A stretch of DNA of 63,741 nucleotides, filler included, from Octopus bimaculoides (taxonomy: Eukaryota), in the NCBI RefSeq assembly GCF_001194135.2. It is 5 parts of 3 records of this genome, joined end to end, with 100 filler letters (N's around TTAATTAATTAA, not from the genome) between each part and the next. Parts side by side here need not be neighbours in the genome. Positions count along the whole stretch, not along the records: positions 1 to 20,485 come from NC_068984.1; positions 20,586 to 39,229 come from NC_068984.1; 3 more parts are not named here. One strand, given 5' to 3'. Numbering within the stretch: the first letter of the stretch is position 1; every line of letters begins with the position of its first letter. Position numbers and translations under genes: made by a program. The notes under the pieces are model-generated. The model was not told the origin of the DNA. It saw only the letters and a list, made by a program, of their open reading frames with translations, and made no database searches. Below are positions 12,216 to 25,030 of the stretch, one piece after another.

Positions 12216-12808
12216 CTCTTTCTCTCACCCTTTCTCATTGTCTGTTTGACAATCTGTAAGTGGAACAATATCAATATGGAAGACTAAGTTATCATTCTTG
12301 TTATCTGAGTTCTAGTGATGAAGCTTTTATTTCTTTGATAGAAACAGCTATTTCATTCAAAGAAAATTTTTTACGCATAGATTTATACGGACATGTATAC
12401 ATAACAGCTTGTAATGATGATCCATAATTCACTATAATAAACCACATGCTATTGACTCTTCCCCATATGACCCATAACTAAGTGATTTAGCTGTTGCCTT
12501 TTATTCGTTTTTTTTTTTAATGGTAGTTAACGAAAATTTTACTCATAGAATGCACAGAGGTGATCTTTTGAAGTGAGATGTTATACCTTTATCGATACAC
12601 CATACCAGACTTTCTTTTATTGGCTTGATCTATGGAGAAAAGGTTGTGCCCATGACTTTTACAAGCCATCCGCTTGCAGATGAAAGGTAAACCTTTGTTT
12701 AATCATTATTTCATTAGTATATTCACAGTAGGAATCTTTCGGGGTGTTCTTTCAAAATGACAAGGGCTGTATACAAGCAGAAATCGATTGTCCAGTCTTT
12801 ATTGTCAC

Positions 12809-13192
12809 ATATGCTATTGTCCTCAGCGATATCATCGATTATTTTTAACATGAAATTGCTTTTATGTTTCTCTATTCTCCTCAAAGATCGTCTCTTGTTT
12901 ACTGATCGCTGAGAAAAACTGAACAAATTATTTTGAAAGTGTATTTTTGAATTGCTTTTAGGCAATACATATTTTACAGACTAGATCCTATCTATGTCGG
13001 AAACTGTGACAGAAATGTCTGTAAAATATGTATTGCCTAAAAGCAATTCAAACATACACTTTCAAAATAATTTGTCCAGTTTTTATCAACGATCAGTAAA
13101 CAAGAGACGATCTTTGAGGAGAATAGGGAAACATATAAAAACAATATCATGTTAAAAATTATCGATGATATCGCTGAGGAAAATAACATATG
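12809..13192. repeat. Long inverted repeat, arms 12809-12981 and 13017-13192, 35-nt spacer
   Basis: By-eye alignment gives about 10 mismatches plus a 2-nt indel over ~175 bp. Confidence 0.95.
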
Positions 13193-13696
13193 CATTTTTT
13201 AAAAGACAGTAAAAAATCTGAAAATCGGCTATAATAACGTAGCCGTCCAGTCTCATTATTTTGAAGATATGATGTTGTGGAGAAAAAAAAATGAAGAAAA
13301 AAGTTACAGAGGTTTAAAAATCGAAAACACTTTAAAGTTTTGGCCAATAGCGAGACAGAAATTTCTTGCGTTTAGCGGGACGGGGTCAACTTTAAGGTTG
13401 TACCCTGTGAAATTTAGAGTTTAGCGTCTGACCTGTTTATTGTAGGTTTCTAAATGAACAGGAATACCTAATAAAATCAACATGCATCATCTAACTGTTC
13501 GTTTGTCTCTTCATTGATTGTGTGGTTTTATTATTTTTTAAAATTTGTTATATTGATATATTTGTCTGCATATGTTTGCTTTATGCGTATTTCAGTATTA
13601 TGTATACCTGTCTTGTATTTGTGTATATCATTAATATATAAATACATGTGGATGTATGTATTCATATATAAATTTATATGTATATCTATGCATTCA

Positions 13697-13735
<39 letters not shown>

Positions 13736-14008
13736 NNNNNNNNNNNNNNNNNNNNNNNNNNNNNNNNNNNNNNNNNNNNNNNNNNNNNNNNNNNNNNNNN
13801 NNNNNNNNNNNNNNNNNNNNNNNNNNNNNNNNNNNNNNNNNNNNNNNNNNNNNNNNNNNNNNNNNNNNNNNNNNNNNNNNNNNNNNNNNNNNNNNNNNNN
13901 NNNNNNNNNNNNNNNNNNGTAAAACTGCAACTTTGTTCCGTTTTCTTTTCAATTTGTAGTTTCCTTTGTACATTCTCGCATTGTTCCGGCTTTATACAAC
14001 ATTCTTTA

Positions 14009-14072
<64 letters not shown>

Positions 14073-15931
14073 ACAGGCATATTAAATATTATATACATAC
14101 AGGTATGCATAAAAATGAATGATCTAGTATTTAGAGTATTTGATTCACAATCACGAAGTTCGCGGGTTCGAAACCTGGAACAGGCAGAACATTGCGTCTA
14201 TCAGCGAAGCACTTAATTTCTTCATTTCAAGTTGCTTCATGACATATGTATGCAATGTATAATTGTATATACACTTGTACGTGTCTATGTATCTAAATAA
14301 GTATGTATGTATGTACAAATGTATATCACCACTTGAGTATAGGTGTATATGTGTATACATGTATGTGCGTATCTTTCTTGTGTAAATGTGTGTGTGATGT
14401 GTGTGTGTATGTGTGTGTGTGTGTGATGTGTGTGTGTGTGTGTGTGTGTGTGTGAGATATCTCTCGCGGTGGTCTGCTCTTAGGTGGGTCCTGTGTATAT
14501 GAACCCTCTTAAGCACTCTCTACGACCTGGGAGAGGCGCTACCTTCTCCTGCATGAGTCGGAGTGCATCCATGGGTCAAAAAAGATGGCATAAAGCAGAT
14601 GATATTGGGACAGTTGGAAAAGGGGTCTTCGTAAATTATTGCCTAACTGATGATCAAGGATACACACCACACTATATCGTCGTATCTGAAGTTGTATGCA
14701 TATCAATAGAAGGTCATACTTGGCTACTTCGTCAGAAAGCCTCAAAGAAAGAGCAATATGAACAAACTAGCGTGTCTTAGATTAGTCATCTTTCATTCTG
14801 AAGGATTTGCATTTCCAATATACGAACAAGAATTTTATTGGTGAAACACCTGAAGTATTAGTGAAACAACAATGTAGGTAAATCACTTAGATTCCAAAAC
14901 TGATACAGATTCTGTGGAGTTAACAATGAGGATGACACCCACTACATAGATTAGCTGTCTATGTTGTCACGTTATCACTACATGCGAGGTGATCAGAACA
15001 TTGTATGATACACTCAGAAGAGAGGGTAATCCTTGGGAGACAAACATGAGAAGCTAAAATCATTTGGAAAGCATAACTCATAATAAGAAAAAATGTGGGT
15101 AGAATGTTCTTGCTAAAACTTCAATAAAGTACAACAGAAATAAACAACACAGAAAGATCTGGGACAAAGAAAAGAAACTGTGCGTAATTGTTTCCAAGCA
15201 CATGTTAACACAGTGATAAATATTAGTGAAGAAAAATATCTACGCCGAGCTAATGAAAAACTTACAGTTAGTACACCAGAGTAGAATATGGTTGTTGTAA
15301 CAGTAGACTTCTCATTAGATGTATATTTTCAGTTGTTAGATGTGTATGAGTAATTATTGGGGCACTTGGATACATGAAAATAACTGTCTCAGTATCAATC
15401 GGGAGAAGTCAGGTTTCAGAAAACCAAAAAGGATGCAGCATAGTGAAAATATATAAAACATTCTAGATTTGTATGTAATAAGTACGTATAGATACATGTA
15501 GACATACTAACACATGTGTGTGTCTGTATATATATATATATATATATATACATACATATGCATATACATGTATATACATATATATACACATACTCATATG
15601 ATATATAGTTAATTTGACCAAGTCAAATCTTCATTGGGGATCATATAATCTAAGGCATTCCACTGGTTTAATCCGTATCATATAATTGGTCATTAGTATG
15701 TGTTTAGGATTATTGAAATTTTTATTATTGAGTGAAAACAAGGAGTAGGAAATGGAGAATAAATGGATGTAATTACTGATTTATTTGCATGTTATAAAAA
15801 AATGACGTTTTCTTTTATTTGAAAAAAACATTCCAAATAGATAAATGGATTGGAAGTTGAAAGCTCAAAAAACAAATTACGATAAAAATAGAAAAGAACC
15901 TATATATATGTTTCAGTCGTACCATCTAGGT

Positions 15932-16406
15932 CAGGGGTGGGGAAACATTTTAGTGTCCGCGGGCGGATCACAAGTCCTAACACTTATATCTGTGTAAATC
16001 TTGTATATATCTATGTTTAATTCGATATACATTAATAACGGTAAGTTTAACACATTAACTTAACGCGTAACATCATTAACACCGCCACTGAATTTAAGAC
16101 GTTTATATTACTTATGATTGATTCTATATTTTTCAGCTAGAGTGTAGTTGGGTCTCAAGGGGGTGGTACAAACGTAGCAATATGTGTTTTATAGTGATAA
16201 CAAAAATTTCAAGTCAAATGACAATTGCCAGACGGTTTCTTTTCGAGTCTAATCATTTTGTCGTAGTGGAAATGTGACCTATGTCGCCAATAGGCATGCG
16301 AGCATTGTATAAATTTTATAATTGAAAAATTACTATATTTTGTACATACGAGTATACCAGCCTGCGGGCGCAATTGCAACCGTGGGCGGGGGTTTTCCCA
16401 CCCCTG
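15932..16406. mobile_element. Non-autonomous hAT (Charlie-like) MITE
   Basis: TIRs caggggtggggaaac / gttttcccacccctg with subterminal gcgggc motifs. Left 8-mer atctaggt fits the TCTAG-type target; right 8-mer atcgaaac matches only 4/8. Confidence 0.75.
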
Positions 16407-17089
16407 ATCGAAACGATGGGTATCTCCAAGTAAATTATTTAATGCCAAGGAAATTGCCACATTCGAACTATATCGTGGTAGGACTTCGTCAGGGCTCAAA
16501 AAACACTAATACCACTTAGGTAATCATTTTATTTTCATACCCCACACACATATATACATACATACATATATGTGTATGTATATACACATATACACATACA
16601 TTTATATATATATATATATATATATATATNNNNNNNNNNNNNNNNNNNNNNNNNNNNNNNNNNNNNNNNNNNNNNNNNNNNNNNNNNNNNNNNNNNNNNN
16701 NNNNNNNNNNNNNNNNNNNNNNNNNNNNNNNNNNNNNNNNNNNNNNNNNNNNNNNNNNNNNNNNNNNNNNNNNNNNNNNNNNNNNNNNNNNNNNNNNNNN
16801 NNNNNNNNNNNNNNNNNNNNNNNNNNNNNNNNNNNNNNNNNNNNNNNNNNNNNNNNNNNNNNNNNNNNNNNNNNNNNNNNNNNNNNNNNNNNNNTTCTGA
16901 TACAATAAATGGGTTAATAGAAACCAATGTAGCAAAGAACACAAAATAACTGTGGTTTAGTTCCTGTTTTTAAGGCAGGAACTCCTTGAAATTTTGGGTA
17001 TTTGAGTATATTTAAGAATTTAAGGAATGTAGAAAACGCATGTTATAATTGCATACTTTATTCCTACATATACCGAAAACAGAAAATGG

Positions 17090-18700
17090 AGAAATATTGA
17101 TGAACAACAATTGACCTACATCTATTATAATTTATTAATTCAATACAAATAGACTGCATCCCATCTAACAGCTGTTTCTGCTTCCAATGTTGTATGGTAT
17201 TGCCATTGATATGCTAAAAATATTTATCATATTTGGTAATAAAACCGATCTGAAACGTGGACCTTCATCAGAGTGAAGAATAAATAAAAAAGAAGAGCCT
17301 AGAGAAGTAAAAGGAAAAGTTGAATATGGTTATAAGCATATAATTTTGCTTGTGTATCTCTTTAGGACGTTAAGAAAATGACAAAACTTAAAATAGTATT
17401 TGGTGGGTTAATCCTTTGTACGGGGGTGAGGCATAGGATGGATAAATAAATAAATAAAAATGATAATAGCGAGATACGGCAATAGGTTTTAGTCGAAGAA
17501 GGGGGAAAAATACAATAATGTTTGAAATTAATCATAATTATTTTTAATAATCATGTTTATAGTACTAATTAGTAGTATTTATCATAATATGGTGCTAATC
17601 GATTAAATGTAATTTTCTAAATTCCTAGTAGGTGATTAAGCCCATCCACCTGTTGTCCGAAGTGAGATAGGCTAAGGTTCAGCGTTCGATATAATTGGTC
17701 AGTTAAAACTTAAAAACAAAAGTCCACATATTGAAACCGTTATATAGGGTAAGATAAATAAATAAATGAATGGAAAAATGGTATATTTTGTAAGGGGCCC
17801 GAAAACGCTTAGGGTAGTATATACTTGATTAAAAATAAATATTATGGAATAAATAAGGCTAATTATATCATTAAGATTAAGAGAGATACCTATTTGGTAA
17901 TTTAGGAATTAAGACGGTTGGACGTGGGGTAGGCAATGGTCCAAAAGCTTTTTAAATAAGAATGTGAAATTAGTAAAAACTATAAAAACAATCTATTCTG
18001 TAGGAAAATTAAGGAAAACATTTCAAATGAACCTACTAATGGGGACAGGATCAAACTTTTTTGAAATTCAACCAATCTGATATCAAGTTTTTCTTGCGCC
18101 ACCACATCTCAGACATTACGGTTTTGTTACTTAAAAGTTGTTCAGTACATTCTTAAACACCTTTTTTACAGCCGCTTTCCAGCTGTGATTTTACTACTTA
18201 ATAAATGATCCTGGAGAAACAGGTTCAGAAACATCAGATTCCGGTATGCAACTTTTTGCCATATGAGTGACATTGTTTGTGTTTGTTTTTTTAATTTTTG
18301 TATCAGTTTAGTTTTTGCTGGCCACTGCCTCAGAGAGCTTGCGGAAAATGTCAATAAAAGATCATTATAAATGTAACGATATCCGACAAGCAAGTCTCTT
18401 CTTGGTACTTTTCTTTCTTGAAAATGTTGAGTCATGGTATCAGGGGTATAACCATTCATTCTGTATGAAGAGGAAATACTTCTTTTAGGTTTCCTCCAGC
18501 CTCTCTCTATCCTGATTAAATTCTTTTTCCTCACTCCTGATTTTTCTTCAGAATTAATCCGAACCTCTCTGAGAAGGAGCCTCGGTGACATTTATTGGTT
18601 TTCAGTTCATATTTATGTAAACTGTTAATTAGTTTCGATTAAATTTCTTGTTAATTATTTTCTTTCAAATATCCTCTTCAGATACCAAAATGTTCATCGA
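17090..18700 (-). mobile_element. Decayed Penelope-like element (post-RT linker, GIY-YIG remnant, tail)
   Basis: ORF 18591-18166 (MNGYTPDT...KVPRRDLL...KVAYRNL...LQDHLLSSK) resembles the PLE NGYP...PR.DLL...VAYRR.KNL.D.LV.SK linker. Then CLRCG, then LSHFGQQVDGLN near 17640 (cf. LGTL.P.GLN endonuclease end), then a pyrimidine-rich tail with CTGATGAAGG at 17271. Confidence 0.6.
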
Positions 18701-19002
18701 CAGATTTTTCACACCTTGTTGAAGAGTAATTAGTTTGTCCGCGAGTGTTCGCGCACTTTGCTAAAACCAACGATCATTTCTATTCTACTTTTTGATCTTT
18801 GTCGGAGGAGAGAGCTTTGTATGTGATAAGCAACGCCACATAACTGATAGTTTTCCGTACAAATTTCTACCTAGTTTCCAAATCGATGAGTGCTGTTTGT
18901 ATAACTGATTTCGTTATCTTACTTCTTCAATATCTCTGCATTGTTGCTTTGGAGGTGTTGAGAAAACATATAAGCATGCGTTAATTTGCTAAAATATATG
19001 TA

Positions 19003-19140
19003 CAGTAACGCTTCGATATATGAGTTAATTTGCTCCCAGAGATCGCTCGTAAAGCGAAAAATCGTAAAGCAGAGAAATAATTTCCCATAGTAACGTTGTT
19101 ATAAATCGCAGTACGTTTTCAGGAAATTATTTTAGCCATA
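19003..19140 (+). mobile_element. Tigger/pogo-like transposon end
   Basis: TA|cagtaacgcttcgatatatgagttaatttgctcc...ctcgtaaagcgaaa...tttcccatag resembles Tigger termini. The other end was not found. Confidence 0.55.
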
Positions 19141-19407
19141 AAAATTTATAATACTCGTAAATAAATAGCAACAAAATAACAGTAGATTGTAAAGAATAGT
19201 TTATGTAAAGTAAAAAGAATGTCAAGATCCTTTATGATAAAAAATATTATTTTCTGAATCACTTTCACTCGCACTAGACTTGCGCACACCATCACTTGTA
19301 GACTCGATCGTCGATTCCCAAACACTCGTATCCATTCACCCTTCCATCCATCAATCCATCTCTATTTTTCTATTTAAATATTTATCTGCATCTCTGTCGC
19401 TTTCTCT

Positions 19408-19473
<66 letters not shown>

Positions 19474-19483
19474 NNNNNNNNNN

Positions 19484-19550
<67 letters not shown>

Positions 19551-19939
19551 ACACACACGCACACACATGCACAAACAGACGCACACACGTGTGTGCGCGT
19601 GTTTGTGTAGGTACTTGTGTGTGAGAGTGTGTATGGTTTCTGTGCGAGTGTTTGTGTACGTAAATGTACTTCAATAAACAGCGCGTTATGTCCATCACAT
19701 CCATACACAGCTATGACTCACCGCTAGCTTTTAGTTACGTATGTAATCGATTGCTAATACCGTTAATCTAGGTTTAATTTATAGCTTTTCCATGAAGTCA
19801 AATAAAAATGACAAAAATTAAATCCAAACTACCATACCTTACATCCACTGGAAATCAAGATCATACGCTACGCATGCACTCTATATGTGTATGTGAGTAT
19901 AGTTTGAGAGGTACACCTGCTGAGGCCGATTTAGCCTCT

Positions 19940-19965
<26 letters not shown>

Positions 19966-19971
<6 letters not shown>

Positions 19972-20240
19972 AAAAAAACAATAACAAAAAAACAAAAAAA
20001 CAACAAAGTGAGGATGTGATATGGATAGTATTATTGGACGCTCAGGAAAGGAAAGAGAGAGTGTATGACGTTTCGGGCGTAGCCCTTCGTCGGAAAGATG
20101 GAAAGTTCGGAGAATGGAAGAACGGAGAAAGAGGAAAATGGTACCGATGCCCACGAGGTTACATTATGAAAAGACCGGAAGAGGAGGTGGTGGGGGAAAA
20201 GTTCTTTCTAAGACAGGAGAGTGAAAAAGGGAGATGAATA
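19966..20240 (-). mobile_element. PLE-type non-coding tail with hammerhead-like motif (20067-20093)
   Basis: Minus strand ccgacgaagggctacgcccgaaacgtc...cctgagcgtccaataatac; near-identical to 47893-48040. Confidence 0.7.
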
Positions 20241-20585
20241 TCTGTGCGTGTGCGGTAGTCTGCGAGTGTGTGTGTGCATGTGTGTGGATATGCGTGTGCG
20301 TGTGGGATTGTGTGTGTGTGGGATTGTGAGTGTTAGGTACGGGTGTGTGTGTGTTTATGTGTGTCTGTATGTGTGTTTCCGTGTGCGCGTGTGTGTATAT
20401 TTTTTTTTGTGCGTCCGTGTATGTGTATATTGTGTATGTTTTCGTGCGTGTGTGTGTGTTATGTATGTGAGTGAGTATTGTGTATNNNNNNNNNNNNNNN
20501 NNNNNNNNNNNNNNNNNNNNNNNNNNNNNTTAATTAATTAANNNNNNNNNNNNNNNNNNNNNNNNNNNNNNNNNNNNNNNNNNNN

Positions 20586-20648
<63 letters not shown>

Positions 20649-20894
20649 ATATGTATGTGTGTGTGTGTGTATATGTATGTATGCATGTATGTATGTATAT
20701 AGATAGATAGATAGATATTAATATAGTAGTATTACACATATATTATGAATAATACAATACACTTTTCTCGTTATAGTTATTGACACTGATTGTCTGCAAC
20801 AGAAACATTTCTAAACATGTTGCATATGTAAAACATTTTATTTAGGTCTAATCCTTGCCCATGACATCAAATTTCTCCTCTCCAAGTATTAATA

Positions 20895-21109
20895 GCAGTT
20901 TCAAATTTCGGCGCATGGCCAGTAAGTTTGTGAGAGGTGGTAGGTCGATTACATCGACTCCAGTGTTCAAATGGTGCCTATTTTATTGATCTTAAAAGGA
21001 TGAAAGGCAAAGTCGATCTCCGCGGAATTTGAATTTAGAACGTAAAGACGGATCAAATGCCGCTCAGCATTTTGCCCATCGTGCTAACGATTCTGCTTGC
21101 CATCCACCT
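20895..21109 (-). mobile_element. SINE family A, full length, with 16-bp target-site duplication
   Basis: Core aaaggatgaaaggcaaagtcgatctccgcggaatttgaatttagaacg. Perfect TSD tctccaagtattaata at 20879-20894 and 21110-21125. Confidence 0.93.
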
Positions 21110-21440
21110 TCTCCAAGTATTAATATTACCTGAGGGTAAGGTAAATCCAAAACAGCTTGACGTCAATGAATTTTAAAATCGTAGAGTTTGAACAGATTCT
21201 AATCATATACACACATACACGTGTTATATGTGTATATATATATATATATATNNNNNNNNNNNNNNNNNNNNNNNNNNNNNNNNNNNNNNNNNNNNNNNNN
21301 NNNNNNNNNNNNNNNNNNNNNNNNNNNNNNNNNNNNNNNNNNNNNNNNNNNNNNNNNNNNNNNNNNNNNNNNNNNNNNNNNNNNNNNNNNNNNNNNNNNN
21401 NNNNNNNNNNNNNNNNNNNNNNNNNNNNNNNNNNNNNNNN

Positions 21441-21515
<75 letters not shown>

Positions 21516-22829
21516 ATATATATATGGAGAGAGAGAGACAGAGGAGGGGAGAGGAGAGAGATATGTACATATATACGTGTATATGTGCGTATGTTATACA
21601 AGAAACAGTACAAATGAGACTATATTCTTCCTCCGGATAAGATTTGCTAATAATATTTCACAAAAATTGTGTTTGCATAATTTTCTAAATATCTGCCCCG
21701 AACAATCTTATTCGTAAGATATTAACAGTACGATAACAAGTACGGTATGTTTGAGTGAATTTTTCAGTAAATATCTCTGGAGAAAATTCTAATTTTGTGA
21801 AATTATCATAAGGATATTCACTATAAATAAATTAAAACATCATATGAGTAAAATTATTTAAATTTTGTGCCAACAGAAATAACAATTATTTATACTTACA
21901 TAAGATATGAAAATTTAAATTAAAAAAAGAAAGAGTTTTTTTTCGCGTTCCGTTAAACAGTGTGGTTAATAGTCTGCATCGATGTTTTGAAGGAAGTCAA
22001 AGAAGAGAAAACAGCATTTTGAGATATTAACATCCATCTGCATTTTCATTAATTTAAAAATTTCTATTAGTTGATTGTTATTGGCGTTTACTCCCTCCTT
22101 GTTATTTTTTGATTTTAAACACGTTTCGAAGGAATTTTCCCTTACTAATTGCATGGATAATCTCGGTTAATTGAAGATTTTCAACTCATTATATTACACG
22201 TGTGAGATCCTACGCTATGCCAATTTAGTATGCAGAACGCATCCCTGAGATATTTTCCATTAGGCTTATTCATACTTGAAGAAGAGAAAATGTTTAAAGT
22301 GTTACCAATGAGCTTCCATACTATGATTACATTTTCTTAAAATTTTCAGCATTTTGTTTTCGAAAAAGAGCAGGTGCAAATGTCCATTATATGGCGTTTT
22401 CGTGTAGAACGCTTTATTCTCTATGCTTCAGTTCAAATACCAGCCGTCCATGCCAGATGTTATGAAAGTACTGCTCTCGACCGTGTGTATAAGGAAAGAT
22501 TTACATTCAATCTAGTTGATCCTAATGAATTCGATTCGTGACGATATCTATTTACAATCGTAGTAACCGTCTTCGTTTATCCAAATTAAGGGCTGGGAAA
22601 GTGAATTTACTAGACAATCGTTGCACTTATGAAAATATGTGGTTTTAAAAGTAGTCTCAAAGACACAAATAATCATTCCTATCGACCCCGCCAAAAACTA
22701 AAGTTGATCCTAGAACTGAAATTATATATTCCTGATTTTGACACAAAGCCAGCAATTCAATTCTGAAATAGGTGGGTTGGACGATGTTATTGACTCCACT
22801 ATTTCACTGGTATTTTACTTTATTGTCTC

Positions 22830-23187
22830 CAAAGAGCAAAATTAATCTCGGCGGGATTGAAACTAAGAACGTAAAGAGCTGAGGCAATACCGCAAAACAT
22901 TTCTTCCGACGCTTTAACGGGTCAACCAGCCGCCACCTTAACTTGATCTGAGAATGTAGAGAAGTAAATAAGATCCTTTCTACAATAGGCACAAGGCCTG
23001 AAATCTTGAGGGAGGGGCTAAACAGTTACATTGACTCAATACGCAACTAGTACTTATTTCATCAATCCCAAAAGGATAAAAGGCAAATGCGACCTCAATG
23101 GAATTTGAATTCAAAGCATAAAGACGGACGAAATAATGCTAAGTATTTTGTCCGGTGTGCTTACGATTCTGCCGGCTAACCGCCTTA
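22830..23187 (-). mobile_element. Two adjacent SINE family A copies (partial ~22830-22935; fuller ~22988-23187)
   Basis: Both carry the cggcgg(a)atttgaa-tcagaacgtaaag...gctaagcatttt head motif in reverse. Confidence 0.75.
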
Positions 23188-23538
23188 GAAGAATATTTAA
23201 TGTCGTAATATATTTTGCTCGTCACATTTATCATATCTGCGAATGTACCACTACCGTTTTAAAACCACTGGGCTGTTGTCAGAGATCTTGGGTGACCATT
23301 GCTAATCTATATATCCTGTAGTTTGTTGTCAACAGATTTTGTATGCCCCAGTGCATTTCTTTATACGGTGGAATATAATATAATATAATGTGTCCTAGCA
23401 GTGTACTTCTATTTTGTAATAAAAATAATGAGATGTTAATTAAATGTTTAACTGATAGGGGTTATTGGCAATATGATTATAATTTTTGGCCTCTTACCCT
23501 CGTACTTAAAATTGAGAATGTTATAAATGTTTACATGT

Positions 23539-23910
23539 GGAGGCGCAATGGCCCAGTGGTTAAGGCAACGGTCATAGGATCGTGGTTTCGATTCCCAGAC
23601 CGGACGTTGTGAGTGTTTATTGAACGAAAACACCTAAAGCTCCACAAGGTCCGGCAGGGGATGGTGGCCAACCCTGTTGTACTCTTTCACCACAACTTTC
23701 TCTCACTCTTACTTCCTGTTTCTGTTGTGCCTGTAATTCAAAGGGTCAGCCTTGTCGCACTGTGTCACGATGAATATCCCCGAGAACTACGTTAAGGGTA
23801 CACGTGTGCGTGGAGTGCTCAGCCCTTGCAGGTTAATTTCACGAGCAGGCTGTTCCGTTGATCGGATCAACTGGAACCCTCGACGTCGTAAGCGACGGAG
23901 TGCCAACAAA
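23539..23910 (+). mobile_element. tRNA-derived SINE family C, full length
   Basis: tRNA-like head ggaggcgcaatggcccagtggttaagg (A box) ...ggtttcgattccc (B box). Ends cgacggagtgccaacaaa. Degenerate TSD aatgtttacatgt / aatgttttcatat. Confidence 0.88.
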
Positions 23911-24861
23911 TAATGTTTTCATATAAACTAAGTTTTGATCGGTTTCACCTCTACATCATCACTAGATATCTTACTCCTGGAGATGTACATAGTAGCGGAC
24001 AAGATTCGAGTGTAGAAAATTTATTTCTAAACCAAGGTGTAAATTTAGACTAAAAGTAGATGCTTTATGTTCAATTCTGTCCATCACTAAAAAAAAAAAA
24101 AGACAAGTATAAAACAGCTAATGACAATCAGAGATCAAACAAACTGAAATGTAAGGTAGAAGTAAATATGAAAATATTTTTCATCTCCAAGAGGAAGTTA
24201 ATACCTTCAAAATTAAAATCATATAAATGTAATGTTTTATTGCAGAAATTTTATTGAAAAGTATTCAAGTTTAGTTTGTTTCGTTGTCCAGATTGCATTA
24301 CTTTAGCAGCTTTGGTATGAAACTAAGAACGACAGGAAGAGAAGAAAAAATATAATTGTTAGAGCTAAGGTTAGAAAGTTTGAAATAAACTAAGAACATC
24401 GAAATATTTTTGTAGTTTTATTTATTTATTGGCTAGCTCCATTAGTGTGGTAACTATATCTAGAATTACATTTCCTAATCGCCTATCTACCTCTAGCTGC
24501 ATGACACTATTAAGCTATTATCACCCGCAATTTTTCTTCTTTACACCACTCAAATTTTCACTTACTTCGCAAACTAAAGTGCTGCTAACAATTATAGGGT
24601 CATATATCGATTTCGTATTACATCATGTTTAAGGATTTGATGTATCAATAAATTACAATCCTAAAGTAACTGCTAAAAACTTCTCTTGAAGTAGCAACTT
24701 CAGATAACGTAAATGTCATACGTGCTTTTTGCCCTCTAATCACAACGAGCTAAGCATAAATTTCCTCGACATTACCATTTGCCCACAAACACACATATGT
24801 ATGCTTGTATGTGGTTTGTATATATGTATTTATGTATGAAAATACAAGCACAACTATTACT

Positions 24862-24990
24862 ATGTGGTTAAGAAGTTTACTTCACAGCCACGTAGTTTTG
24901 GGTTCATTTTTCAAGGCACTTTAGGCAAGTTTCTACAGCCTAAGGTCAAGTTGTACCTCCTGAATGAATGTGATGGACGAAAATTATGCG

Positions 24991-25028
<38 letters not shown>
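24862..25028 (+). mobile_element. SINE family B head running into (TA)n
   Basis: atgtggttaagaagtttacttcacagccacgtagttttgggttca...ggcactttaggcaag. Confidence 0.75.

Positions 25029-25030
<2 letters not shown>

Noticed and set aside
14470-15300. 98-aa ORF 14484-14780 and the following non-repetitive-looking stretch
   Set aside because: No recognisable domain. Faint hints of a LINE endonuclease (RGDQNIV, cf. SDH motif) are too weak to call.
16455-16497. CTGACGAAGTCC on the minus strand (also near 14730) as further hammerheads
   Set aside because: No stem II partner or GAAA follows; at most eroded remnants.
22150-22500. Possible very old hAT (ZBED-like) transposase traces on the minus strand
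   Set aside because: Resemblance is limited to a few residues across several stops and frames.
23539-23610. tRNA-like sequence (also B-box fragments near 14165 and 58903)
   Set aside because: No complete cloverleaf, and it continues into a SINE body; these are SINE heads, not tRNA genes.
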